Positions 1 through 12,607 of a stretch of DNA of 64,000 bases are shown here, in pieces. Within the stretch, counting starts at the first letter, position 1. Each line of letters begins with the position of its first letter. The DNA lies in contig NW_024704743.1 of NCBI RefSeq assembly GCF_018977255.1, positions 107,014,001-107,078,000 of the forward strand, written 5' to 3'. Source of the DNA: Callorhinchus milii. Its lineage: Eukaryota. The position numbers were made by a program, and so were the translations under genes. The notes beneath the pieces were generated by a model that saw nothing but the letters and a program-made list of their open reading frames with translations, was not told the origin of the DNA and made no database searches.

Positions 1-160
1 CAGAACCACAACAGATCCACTCACCATTAACTCCTCAAATAATATCTCAAATTCCCGAAATGCAGCAAGAAGCTTCAAAAAGACTCACTCAGTAGAGAGG
101 TAGATTCTACGCTGTGCTTTGGCTCAGTTGGTAGTATGTTCTGCCTCTGCATCATAAAGT

Positions 161-480
161 GGAGTCCTGTAGCTCAGTGGTTAGAGCACTCGCTTTGCAA
201 GTGAGAGACCTGAGTTCAATTCCAGGCAGGGCGAAACCTTGGGCAAGTTTCCTTACTCCACACGCCTAATAATAATCCCTCCAAAAACCAAAACCAATAA
301 TAAATTGGTCATTTTCAATCTAAGACTGTTTGTGGGACATTGCTGTGCGCAATGGCTGCCGCGTTCGCCCACAAATATACAGTCAATTCACTTTACAGTG
401 TGTTCTGTGAAGCGCTTTGGGACATCCTCCCGACGTGAAAAGCGCTATATCAAATGCAAGGATTATTATTATTATTATTA
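161..480 (+). mobile_element. Full-length young tRNA(Ala)-derived Deu-domain SINE, short subfamily
   Basis: A-box TAGCTCAGTGG, TTTGCAA anticodon-like loop, B-box GTTCAATTCC; Deu-like GTTTGTGGGACATTGCTGTGCGCAA; L2-like tail and (TAT)n; flanking duplication TAAAGT. Confidence 0.92.
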
Positions 481-880
481 AAGTTATGGGTTTGATACTC
501 CAGTACAATACTGGGGGAGCACTGCAAGGTTAGGAATGCCAATTTTGAGATGAGACATTATTGCAGGTTTCAGTCTGCTTGTTCAGATGGAAGTTTAACA
601 CTCCATGACACTATTCAAAAACAGAAGGGAGTTGCTTGCTGTATCCTGGCCACAATCTTCTAGATGAATAGTTCATTCACCTTGTAGCTATTTGTGAGGC
701 ATTGCTTCTGCAAATAGTAGATGCAAATAGTAGGCATAAATGACTGGTGCTATGGCAAAAAGTAAATGCACTTAGTGTGAAACACTTTTGACATGTATAT
801 AAATACAAGTTATTTTGTATATAATTGAATGTTTTATTAATTTTAAAGATATTTGTTTGGATGATCAGTCTCATACTTTT

Positions 881-1200
881 GGAGTCCTGCAGCTCAGTGG
901 TTAGAGCACTCGCTTTGCAAGTGAGAGACCTGAGTTCAATTCCAGGCAGGGCGAAACCTTGGGCAAGTTTCCTTACTCCACACGGCCTAATAATAATCCC
1001 TCCAAAACAAAAACAATAATAAATTGGTCATTTTCAATCCCTGACTGTTTGTGGGACATTGCTGTGCGCAATTGGCTGCCGCGTTCGCCCACAAATATAC
1101 AGTCAATTCACTTTACAGTCTATTCTGTGAAGCGCTTTGGGACGTCCTCCCGACGTGAAAAGCGCTATATCAAATGCAAGGATTATTATTATTATTATTA
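881..1200 (+). mobile_element. Full-length SINE, short subfamily
   Basis: Near-identical to 161..480. Confidence 0.92.
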
Positions 1201-2140
1201 TATAATGTAAAACTATGAAGCAGATTTTTTAGTACAGGCCTTGAATGTGGGGAAGGGGAGGCAGTTGGTGCTCTGGGATGGAGCCTCCGAGAGCAGATGC
1301 AGAATTGAACAAATATGGCTCAAAGTAGAGAGAGTTGCAACGTGAATGGTACTGCGCTTATTTAATCTCCTGAGGGAGGTGATGGATCCCAGGTAAAAAT
1401 ACCAAGCGGACCTGTGAAATTACAATTTGCATCTAGTCCATGACAATTGCTAAAATAAAGGAATAATGAGAATATTCAAAAATAAATACACAAATAAACA
1501 AATAATCATTTGGTCACCCCATCCATGACAGTTTGTGGGACTCTACTGTGCGCAATTTGCTGCCACGTTTCTCCCACAAAATATAGTCAAGTGACTTTGC
1601 ACTATTCTGTAAAGCACTTTGAGGCTTCTCAACTATGTGATAAGGCACTATATTAAATGCAAGGATTATTATTATTATCTCTCTGTCTCTGTTGAGAGCA
1701 ATCCACCTCGGTCACTGTCTGAATGTGAATGTATTAGAATGTGAAATACCTTACACTTTTTGCCTCAATTATGTATCCAAATCCATTACATAATTTAAGA
1801 GGGTACTGGATAAATAATTGAGACGAAAATATTATAAGGGGGAAACATATGGGAATGGGTTTAGAGTACAGAGCTCCAGTGGTGGATCTTAATACCAGTA
1901 CAGACACAATGAGGCAATCTGCTGTATACTTTCTAAGATTCTATAATGAAACTGAGTTTCAAGCTTTCAAAGACATGGGGGACTGTGGTTGACTCTTTTA
2001 TAGTCCATTAATTTATTAATGTTGGCAAAGAAACCCATCTTAGAGAACGCCAGCAGAGAATAATGTGTGCGTTCATCTTGCTATCAAAGGCAGTAAATTT
2101 ACAGAGAAGTGGAGAATCAGCCTCATAACGCCATCTATAA

Positions 2141-2505
2141 AGTCCTGTAGCTCAGTGGTTAGATCGCTCGCCTCGCAAACAGTAAGCCTGGGTTCAATTC
2201 CCGGCAGAGCAAAATGTGGGCAAGTTTCCTTACTCCACATGCCTCTGTTTACCTAGTAGTAAGTAGGAATCCGGTTCTTAGTCGATTGGCGGATTACTTT
2301 TCTGGGAATAACAATTCTTTCAAAAGAAACTTGGTCACTTCAATCCACGACTGTTTGTGGGACACTGCTGTGCGCAATTAGCTGCCACATTTCGTCCACA
2401 AAATATACAGTCGATTCACTTCACAGTATATTCTGTGAAGCTCTTTGAGACATCTCGAAGATGTGAAAAGACCCTATATCAAATGCAAGGATTATTATTA
2501 TTGTT
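2141..2505 (+). mobile_element. Full-length SINE, long subfamily
   Basis: Same head and tail plus central CTGTTTACCTAG..GTAAGTAGGAA..CGGTT segment. Confidence 0.9.
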
Positions 2506-3427
2506 ATAAAAGTCATGCATCACTTGTATTCATGCAGGTCAGGAATCCAAGAATATCCCATTCCTGAACATGTTGCCATTATTTGCTATTTACAATCTCA
2601 ATCCTACCATCCACTCACATTTGAACCCAAAGTAAAGGATATCCAATTGTCCCTGTCTACTTACCCTGGAGAGTGGAATCTACATCTGCTCAAACAATTT
2701 CTGTGTTGTGGTGACCATGTTCTTTGCCTATATTTCTCAAGAGATGTGTGGTCAGGATTTATACCTCAAGGCAATGCTATTATACCACACGGTATACTCA
2801 TCTGATTACATGCCTGCCTCTTCCTCCCTCGCTACCCTGCTTGGTGTCTTACCCATCACTGTAAAGGGTTCCGAGATGTTATCCTATATGAAGGACGCAA
2901 GACTCTATACAAATGCAAATTGTTGTTATTGCCACCTTCCAGATGTTTATTTTTGATGCGTATTGGAATAAAAGAAAAAGTTTAAGTAACTATATCAATA
3001 TTTGCAATTCAAGCACATTTATTTTGCAAGTTCTACTTTATTTACCTATCCTTTTTCATCAGAAATTTGCAAATGTTTATCTGAAATGTCCCTGGAGACA
3101 CAAAGGCACATTATTTATACACTGAGGTTTGGATGCTCAGATTATATGGTTACCAATACATCAACTGTGTTTCCAGCTTTGGAACAAATTTCCATCTGAT
3201 TATCTTGTAAATACACAAGGTCAATATCTAAAATAATCCTGCAAGATGAAATGCCTTCTATGTTCTAGTGCGTTTATCCACTAGCATTTAGTTGTAGGAT
3301 TGCCAGCATTTTTCAATGGCCTTACAAGATCAGGCTCCAAATTGACCCTGAGAATAATTTTAAATGTGCGCATCCCTAGTAAATGCATAAATATCAGTTC
3401 TAGCAATGATTCTGAAGCTTAACAATG

Positions 3428-3795
3428 TATCTCAGTGGTTAGAGTACTCGGCCCGCAAGCAAGAGACCTAGGTTCGATTCCCGCCAGGGGGAAATGTTGG
3501 GCAGGTTTCCTTACTCCACACGCCTATGCTTTCCTAGCAGTAAGTAGGAACCCGGATGTTAATCGATTGGCAGATCGCTTTTCCGGGGTTAATAATCTCT
3601 TCAAAAAGCAAAAACAATAATATATTGAGAATTTCAATCCACGACTCTTTGTGGGACACTGCTGTGAGCAATTGGCTGTTGCGTTTTGCCAACAAAATAT
3701 ACTGTTAATTCACTTTACAGTATATTCTGTGAAGCGCTTTGAGACATCTCAAAGACTTGATAAGGTGCTATATCAAATACAAGGATTATTATTAT
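3428..3795 (+). mobile_element. SINE, long subfamily
   Basis: Homologous to 2141..2505. Confidence 0.88.
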
Positions 3796-5229
3796 GTATG
3801 ATTGGAGGATACTCATTGAGTTCGAACTGTGTGATTGGATTGCAGGATTTCAAACCACGTTTCTTGCCGAAAGTTAAATCGATTGATGGACAAACTGTAT
3901 GAGAAGAATTAGTGATAACTTGAGTCTTATGAAATTTAAGCCTGTTTGCTACAGGTGAGTGGTTACAGTTCTCCTCAAGCTCATAAAATGGGCCAGGTTA
4001 AAATATTTTAAATGACAACAACAGGTCGGAATCCTGAAATACAGATTATTGGGCAATAGTTTCACATCGGCTATTTGCATTTCAGAACAAATAATAGGCT
4101 TTGTTGGATAGTTTATAAATAGTAACATATAAACCTTCTCACACACAAAGGACCAGTAATTCCTCTTATCATATTTTATTTTAAGATAAGATAACAGTTA
4201 CTTTACCTTGACCTGAGCACAATAATTGTATTCTCAAGGATCTTGTCCCTTTTTCTTCCAACTAGGTTTTCTATTCTCCTGCCTCTAACTCTGAATGTGC
4301 TCTGTTAGGTTCCTTCTTATTGTGAGCAGATGCAGGAATGTTACTCCATCAATATAAAGCAATTAAAATCCATCTCCAGTAACTGCATCTCATGAAAATA
4401 CTCCAGCAAACCCACTGACTTAAAGCTACATCAACTTGAAATAGTAGCATTTCAAGCAATGATTTTGTCTTGCTCTTATTAATACTTCGGGGTAAGCAGA
4501 AAAAATGTATGCTATTCACTGGGACTTTTCTCATTTATATTAAAAAAATGGCCTGAAATTTCATTAAGTCTTCGATAGTTCATTTTATGAACTAGAGCAG
4601 ACTGACTTCCAAATTAAGACTAAATTTAAGAATTTTCCACAAATCTGTGCTATCTGAAATTTTAAGAAGAAAATAGCATTGCAGGTTAAGACTAGGTGCA
4701 AATTTCTATCATTCTATGAAACAGTATTGCATTGTTGGTTGCACTGCCCTTCAGATCAGATGTTAAACAAAGGTTCTGCACTAGTCTTTGAATACTTTTC
4801 CACTCCATCTAAATAACTAATTTTGTGCTTTGATTTCGTTCACAAATATTAGTTTGCACGAGGGCCATGTTGGCCTGTTCCCCATAAGTCAGCCACCAGG
4901 AAGCCTGGAATAACCTGCAAGGCTATTTTGTCTTAAAATTCCTTTGCACAAAAGATAATGAACTGTTTAAATGGGTTACCAGCAAAGGTGGTTGAGGCCA
5001 GAATTGCTGATTTTATAAGCAGAAGATTGTATGCTTGGTATTCTGAAATGATGAGATCAAACAGGCAGAAGGGTCTTCAACACCTGAGCCTCTCCTGTGG
5101 TTTTATGACATGTAAAAATAAAAGTGATCAGTAACAGCAATAAAACACAGAGGGGAAATCAAAGAAGCACAAGGATTTCTGAGATAATCCATCTTTGTGA
5201 TCATGATTACTTGGGAATGTCCAAATGAG

Positions 5230-6282
5230 ACAATACAATACAAAATTACATTTGTATAGTGCCTTTCACATTGGGAGGACGTCCCAAGGCACTGGACAGT
5301 CAAGGATTTGGACCCGAGCAGGGGGTCGGGATTGGGGAGGCTGGAGGACAGGAAAGTAGGAGGGTGGCTGAAGGCTCGTCAAAGAGGAGGGTTTTGAGAC
5401 GCGCCTTGAAGGACAAGTGAGGGAACGACGCGAAGAAAATATGGGATGGAGTTCCATAGGGTGGGGCAAAAGGTTGAAGACCCGACCGCCGATGGTGGGG
5501 CAGGCCGGGCAGGGGACATGGAGCAGGCCAGAGCCTGCTGAGCGGAGGGATCAGACAGGTTGATATGAGGTCATTAGGTCACAGAGGTAGGAGAAGGCAA
5601 GGCTGTGGAGGGCCTTGAAGGCAAAGACGAGGATTTTGAACTCTATCCTCTGGGGAATGGGGAGCCAGTGGAGCCGGGCAGGGATGGGGATGATGAGGTC
5701 ATGGAGCCTGGTGTGGATGAGGACATGACTGGCAGAGTTCTGGATGATCTGCAGCTTGTGGAGGGAAGAGTTGGAAAGGCTGATAAACAGGGAGTTGGCG
5801 TAGTTGAGCCTAAGTGTGATGAATGCATGGATGAGGGTTTTGGCAGCCTGAGGGGTGAGGCAGTGGCAGAGCCGGGCGATATTGCAGAGGTGGGGGAAGG
5901 CAGAGTGGTTCACAGTACGGATGTGGGGTAGAAAAGATAGTTGAGGGTCAAACAAGACGCCAAGATTCCGGATGGGCTCAGTGAGGTGGAGTGTGCATCC
6001 TTGGATGATAATGCTGTCAGTGCCTGAGCTGACGGGAGCCAATCAGGAGGATCTTGATCTTGTTGATGTTCAACTGTAGAAAGTTAGCTCTCATCCAGCA
6101 CTTGATATCTGACAGACATTCTGTCAGGACAGCAGTGGTCCTGGAGTCAAGGGTGGAGGCAGAAAGGTAGAGTTGGGTGTCATCTGCATACATGTGGAAG
6201 TTGACTCCATGTCTGCGGATAATGTCACCAAGAGGGAGGATGTAGATATTGAAGAGGAGGGGACCAAGGACAGAGCCCTTAA
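5230..6282 (-). mobile_element. 5'-truncated L2-clade LINE fragment
   Basis: [45 protein letters not shown]; 3' tail GGGACGTCCTCC..GTGAAAGGC. Confidence 0.92.
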
Positions 6283-8127
6283 AGTTGATATAATAACTTG
6301 CGCTGAAGGTGGTCAATCATGTACACTAATAAAAAACTAATGTGTACAAATAAAAAGAGCCAGATCAGGGTAGGCTGGACCAGAGGTACTCATGAGACTG
6401 AAATGCAAGAATCCTACATTCTGCATGGGCCCGAGGAGTAATTTTACACATAAAACACAGCTTGCCTATTGACACAGCACTTCAGTTCAGAAAGGTGCTC
6501 AAAGATCATGCTCAACTGGGTGTCTCCTCCAGTGTAACAAAGTCTGAAATTTACACATGAAGAATGGCCTCTTTGGCAAGATACCAGAGGGCTATTAGAG
6601 CTCATGAAACTGGGCTCTTAAATGAGTCACCATGTTTTGAAGAGGAGTGGCGAAAATTGGCTGAAAAAAGACATGGTCACATCAATCACAGTTCACAGGT
6701 AGGTGAGGTCCTATAGAAAAAGTCTCACAGGCCACCCAGGGCACAATGGTGCATGACCATTACCTGTCTTATTACACCTTTCAACATAACACATGAGATC
6801 ATGAAAGAGGTATAGAAGAAGAACGCCCTTTGATTTATTTGATCTCATCCTTCCAGAAGTTTAGCCCATCTGTCTCTTTTCAGGACTGAAGACCCCTAAC
6901 ATATCCAATCATTACTCATAGCTCATCTGTCTAACATCTCATTGCTCTCCTTTGCACTGCCTCTAAGGCTTTTGAGCCCCTTTTATATTGTGGAAACCAA
7001 AACTGTATGCAATACTCCAGGTGTAGCCTAAGCAAAGAAATATATAGTTTAAAAATCCACACCCTGGTGTGTCCTAGGTCAAATATGAAATGTTGCACCA
7101 TAGATGTGGTTAATATCAACTCTGAGTCTGAAACAGCGTGCCCTGATGGAAACAAAAGTATATTATGCTGTGTAATACCTGTGGGGTGGAAACTTTAGTA
7201 ACAAAATTGGAATTCTGATGGGATTCCTTATCAAGTCATCCTACGAAGAAATACTGCAAATCAAACCATATTTTCATGTTATCTAAACAATGAAGGAAAG
7301 CTAGCTACAAGAGGGCATCAATATAATTTTGCAAGAGCTCTAATAGGAATTTTAGGAGGAACTTCTTCCTGCAGAGAGGGTGGTGGAACTGCTAGAAGCT
7401 GTGCTTGAAGCAAATAGTATAAATGATGCATACATTAGAGAGAAGTGAATAGAGAGTTATAAGAGAAAGGAATAGGAGGGATCAGAGCTTGTGTGGAGTG
7501 TAAACACCAGCATGGACTGGCTTGCCCGAATGACCTGTTTCCATACCTTATCAGTGTATAAAATGTTATCTAATTTTCAGTACATTTACTTTTTGAAATA
7601 CGAGAAAGATCTTTAGTTGTCTATGAAACTTTATATGGACATTTGAAAAATTGACTTATTTTTATGATAACTTTGTCTAGTGTCTTCATTCTCCTGCAAG
7701 ACAGATATTCAATTTTGTCTACAACTTTATAGCATGTTATCTTTTCCCCTTGCTCTGCGCTTCAATTTCTGGAATGTTCATAATGTGTCGTATTTTTCTA
7801 TCCTATGGATCCTATCATTGTTATAGTCCTATGAAAGGTAGCTTTGCTTTACCCATTTTGAAATGTATCTATTTTTGCAAAACGTTTTTCCTAAATGACA
7901 AATCAGAACACTGAACAGTTGCATTAATCCTGTGCAATTATGTGCTACAAAATTGGACCAAGCATCAACAATAAAACACACGTTAGGAGTGCTTTATAAT
8001 GCATCATCCATAACGGTTAAATACTTTGCAATGAGTCTATGAATTAAGGTGTTATCCTGGCTTATTTGATAGCATTCTTGCCTCTGAGTCAGAAGAACCA
8101 GCACAGACACAATGGGCTGAATGGCTT

Positions 8128-8446
8128 TAATAATAATAATAATCCTTGTATTTGATATAGCGCTTTTCACGTCGGGAGGACCTCCCAAAGCACTTCACAG
8201 AACACACTCTAAAGTGAATTGACTGTATATTTGTGGGCGAACGCGGCAGCTAATTGCACACAGCAATGTCCCACAAACAGTCGTAGATTGAAAATGACCA
8301 ATTTATTATTGTTTTTGGTTTTGGAGGGATTATTATTAGGCGTGTGGAGTAAGGAAACTTGCCCAAGGTTTCGCCCTGCCTGGAATTGACCTCAGGTCTC
8401 TCACTTGCAAAGCGAGTGCTCTAACCACTGAGCTACAGGGCTCCAC
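8128..8446 (-). mobile_element. Full-length SINE, short subfamily, inserted into a CR1-type 3' tail
   Basis: Reverse complement of 161..480; TGGCTTT present on both flanks. Confidence 0.92.
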
Positions 8447-8644
8447 ACTGGCTTTCTTCTGTGCTGTAAATTTCTACGGTTGTATTATTATTATGGTGTT
8501 TTAACAAAATCTAGTCCAGGTATGATTCATGATAAATAGCTGCCGGCTAAAGAATTTTGTGTCAGTTTGTAACAACTTTGGCGCTATCCTCAATGGTGGG
8601 GTTGGGGGCTGGTAATCAGGGTCTCCTAGGAGCTGAACTGGTAC

Positions 8645-9200
8645 CAAGGTGACATGCTTGGCATTGAAATGTCGGAATCAATCCAGCCCTCTACAGCAGT
8701 GTCGGTATACTGGTTCCTGAGCCAGGTGGGTCCGCTGAATGCCAGAGCACTGCTGATGACAGGACAACCAGTCTGGCTCATTGACAGCACCTGGAAGAGC
8801 AGACCAGTCACTGGAGGGAGGAAGTCATCACACTCAGCTACTGTTAACCCTGCAACCAAAGCCCTAATGGGTTGGGTGGTCCTACCTTGACATGCAGCGG
8901 GAAAGCTTATCGGACAGCAATATCAATGGTAAGCTATGTGATTTTAGCTGGTTAGACACCAGCAGTACCCCAACGCACATTCTGGTGTCCCCAAACCTTG
9001 GCTCTCGACAACCTGCGCCGAATACTTTCTAGAATTAGGTAAGCAGGATGTGTCCCTCCAGGTAGAAAGTACACATTCCATTCCTACAATCTATCCCTGG
9101 GATTTCCATGTGTAGTGGGATGCGTGGAAATCTCAGCATAGTTTGGATACTCTCAAGCATGGTGATGAGTTTCCACATGTGTCAGACGCCCAGCTGACCC
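8645..9200. repeat. Unidentified dispersed repeat; opposite-orientation copies at 25093..25415 and 62165..62670
   Basis: Shared blocks CCTGCTTACCTAATTC, GAGCCAAGGTTTGGGG, CAATGAGCCAGACT and TGGCTCAGGAAC (reverse strand here, forward strand in the other copies). Confidence 0.75.
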
Positions 9201-10163
9201 ACAAAAAAAGGGGGCAGAAGGTTAGGGTGATACTCGAATGAAATACTAAAGGAATGCTATTTTGTAGGAGGCAGCATCTTTCAGATTGAGACAATAAACT
9301 GAGGACATATTTGCCTGCCTGTTCTGATGGACGTTGAAGATCCCACCACAATATTTGGAAAGAAGTGTGAGATTCTCCCAGTGTCCTACCCAACAATCCT
9401 CCAGACTAATTGATCATTCACTTTATGACTGCTTGTGGAGTCCTGCTGGTGCATATGGCTGCTTTGTTTGCATAGAAATAGTCTCCATGCTTGACAGTAA
9501 TTACCTGTGAAGGGTTTTGAAATGTTTTGAAGTGATCAGGGGCTATAAAAGTGCAAGCTTACATTTTTTAAAAAAAAGAATATGCTGGGCACTTAAATTA
9601 ATTGGACCCACTTCTAAGCAATGGTTCATTTGCTGCTTTTCATTTCCTGGCAGTAATCATTTAACTATACCTTAAATCTATTAGAATTTGAGCATAAAAT
9701 GCAGCTGAAAAGGTCCTCAATGCCAAGATTGTAGCATTTACCTGGTTATAATTGGCCAATAAAATTACTGATTGCTCCATATGGTCCCCCATAGATTCTT
9801 ATGCTCATTGGTGCTTTCTGCACAGTGCAGCTGGACGTATGAACCCTGAGATAGAAATTAATTACGCTTTACAGCATTTTGAAGTATTTTAAAACATTTC
9901 AGTGTGATAAGGCGCTATATCAAATGCAATGATTATTATTTTATTGTATTAATAGGCCCAAACTGTATGTAAATTGGCTTCCAATTTTCTAATTTGTACA
10001 AAGTACACAGCAACTGGACTTTTTAGTAATAATAATAATCTTACATTTGATACAGTATCATGTCATTGACACGTTTCTAAGCGCTTCACTGGATTTTACT
10101 GTGAAGTGTAATGACTGTATATTTTTTAGGCGAACATGGCAGCCAATTTGTGCACAGCAACAA

Positions 10164-11443
10164 ACAACAACAACAACAAGATTGCATTTATAGAGCGCCT
10201 TTCACATCGGGAGGACGTCCCAAGGCGCTGGACAGTTGGGTTGGGACCCGAGCAGGGGGGAGTCCTGTAGCTCAGTGGTTAGAGCTTTGCAAGCGAGAGA
10301 CCTGAGTTCCGGGGGAAGTGGAGCAGCCCGGAGCCAGAGAAACGGAGGGTACGGGCAGGTAAGTAGGGGGATAATAAGTTGGAGAGGTAGGAGGGTGCAA
10401 GGCCGTGAATGGCCTTGTAGGTGAGGATGAGGATTTTGAATTCGATCCTCTGGGGGATGGGGAGCCAGTGGAGGCGAGCGAGGGTGGGAGTGATGTGGTC
10501 ACTGGTGCGGGACAGTACACGAGCTGCCGAGTTCTGAATGACCTGCAGCTTGTGGAGGGAGGTGCCGGAAAGGCCGGCGAGGAGAGAGTTCCCTTAGTCC
10601 AGCCTTGAGGTGACAAAGGCGTGAACCAGTGTTTCAGCAGCGTGAGGGGTGAGGTAGTGCCGTAGTCTGGCAATGTTCCGGCGGTGGTAGAAGGCAATGC
10701 CAGTTATGGCGCAGATGTGGGGAAGAAAGGACAACTCAGGGTCGAACAGAACACCGAGGTTCCTGACTGGCTTTGAGAGGTGGAGAGTGCAGCCTTGGAT
10801 GCTGATGCTGTCAGCGCCTGAGGTGCGGAGGCGCTAACGTGAGCCAATCAGGAGGGCCTCAGTTTTGCGCACGTTGAGCTGAAGAAAGTTGTCTCTCATC
10901 CAGGACTCAATGTCAGACAGACAGGCTATCAGGACATCGGTGGTCGTGGAGTTGAGGGTAGAAGAGGAAAGGTAGAATTGGGTGTCATCCGCATACATGT
11001 GGAAGTTAACCCCATGTCTGCGGATGATGTCACCAAGGGGGAGCATATAGAGGGTGAAGAGGAGGGGACCGAGGACAGAGCCCTGAGGGACACCGCACGA
11101 GACAGTGCGGGGGTGGAGGAAAAGCCGTTTGCAGAGACAAAATGAAGACGGTGGGAGAGGTAGGACCTAAACCACTCAAGGACAGGGCCTTGAAGGTTGA
11201 GGTGGGAGGACAAGCAGTGGAGGAGGATAGAGTGGTCGACCGTATCGAATGCGGCCAATAGATCGAGGAGGACGAGGAGGCAGAGGGAGCCCTGGTCGCA
11301 GATGATCAAGATGTCATTAGTGACCTTGACCAGGGCGGTTTCCGTGCTATGGGCAGCACGGAAACGCAATTGGAGGGGTTCAAACAGTGAGTGCGTGGAG
11401 AGGAAAGAGCACAGCTGAGAGGCGACGACTCTTTTGAGAACCA
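10164..11443 (-). mobile_element. 5'-truncated L2-clade LINE with internal deletion and an inserted SINE head
   Basis: [37 protein letters not shown]; (TTG)n tail at ~10164. Confidence 0.93.
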
Positions 11444-12607
11444 AACAGCTATGATATGAGTTTTAATTAAATTATATATTTAATAATAGTAAATCCTGTG
11501 AAGCACTTTGAGATGCATTCCTGACATGAAAGGTGTTATATCAAATGTAAGTATTATTATTAATAACATAACAATTTTTGACTAAGAATATATATTCATG
11601 ACAGAAACTAATTAATCCTGAAGGGCAATGGGTGACAGATGTTTAATTAATGTTAACAGACCTTCTTAATCTCTAAATCTCTGAACTCACAATCTTCTGT
11701 AATTCTGAACATCCACAATTAAAATGTCAATGAAATTAAATCTCTCAAACCTTTCTTAAACTCTAATTATCAGTCAATTGCTCCGACTCACTAAGAAATA
11801 TAACAAGGGTGACATTTTCTTTCTCTAGTGAAACAGATAATTGTCTCAGCACATATCCTATTGACACTGGTTAAAGGGTAAATCGGCTAGGGGTTACTTT
11901 TTTCCCACTGGGTTTGTTCAATCCAAGGACTGTCAGTAAATCAGATTCCCTTTGGTCATTTAAACCATCTGGATTTAATGTGTGTCTACTGCAATAAACC
12001 AGTTAAAACGATACTTCTGCAGTTCTACACTATAATCCTAACTTTATGTGTCTACATTGCCTGAGAGCAGGGAACAAATACAGGAAATGCCAGTTTTAAT
12101 CTTCCCACCTCAATGAATCATTGATATTGAACGGTTGCAATGGTCTCCAGCTTTCTGAAGATATACTTGACCCGACTATCTACAGACTTTTAACTTCTAT
12201 CCTTTTGAGCATCGTAGTCAATCTAGCTCATTTATCAAACACTCACATATACTCAAACAGATCTGGGAACAAAGGCAGTTAATTTAAAATATATTCTTTT
12301 TGCCAACAAAAATAATCTCGGATGTTAAAATGTTCCTAAGGTGATGTAACATTAAATAACATTGATGCAGATAACCTCTTCCTGCTGATGGACAAATACC
12401 ACAGCAGACTATTCCTAACCCTTGTCCGAGGCCTCATTTCAGTCTACATTAAATTGAAAACAATGCTGCAAATGCAATCAAAGGGCTTTCCTAATAACAT
12501 TGCAATATGTTAGTTAATCTATTCAGGTGAATGACAAATCCTCTTGGAAAACACGACTAGTATGATATTACCTGAACTTGGCAGATTGACAATAACATTT
12601 GACACGC

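Noticed and set aside
161..232. tRNA-Ala-like genes at SINE heads
   Set aside because: No proper acceptor stem, and each continues into SINE body and tail; these are SINE promoters, not tRNA genes.
239..481. Recurrent MGKFPYST... ORFs (239, 959, 17312, 21935, 23433, 63109)
   Set aside because: Chance frames within the same SINE consensus, starting at TTG; not a protein family.
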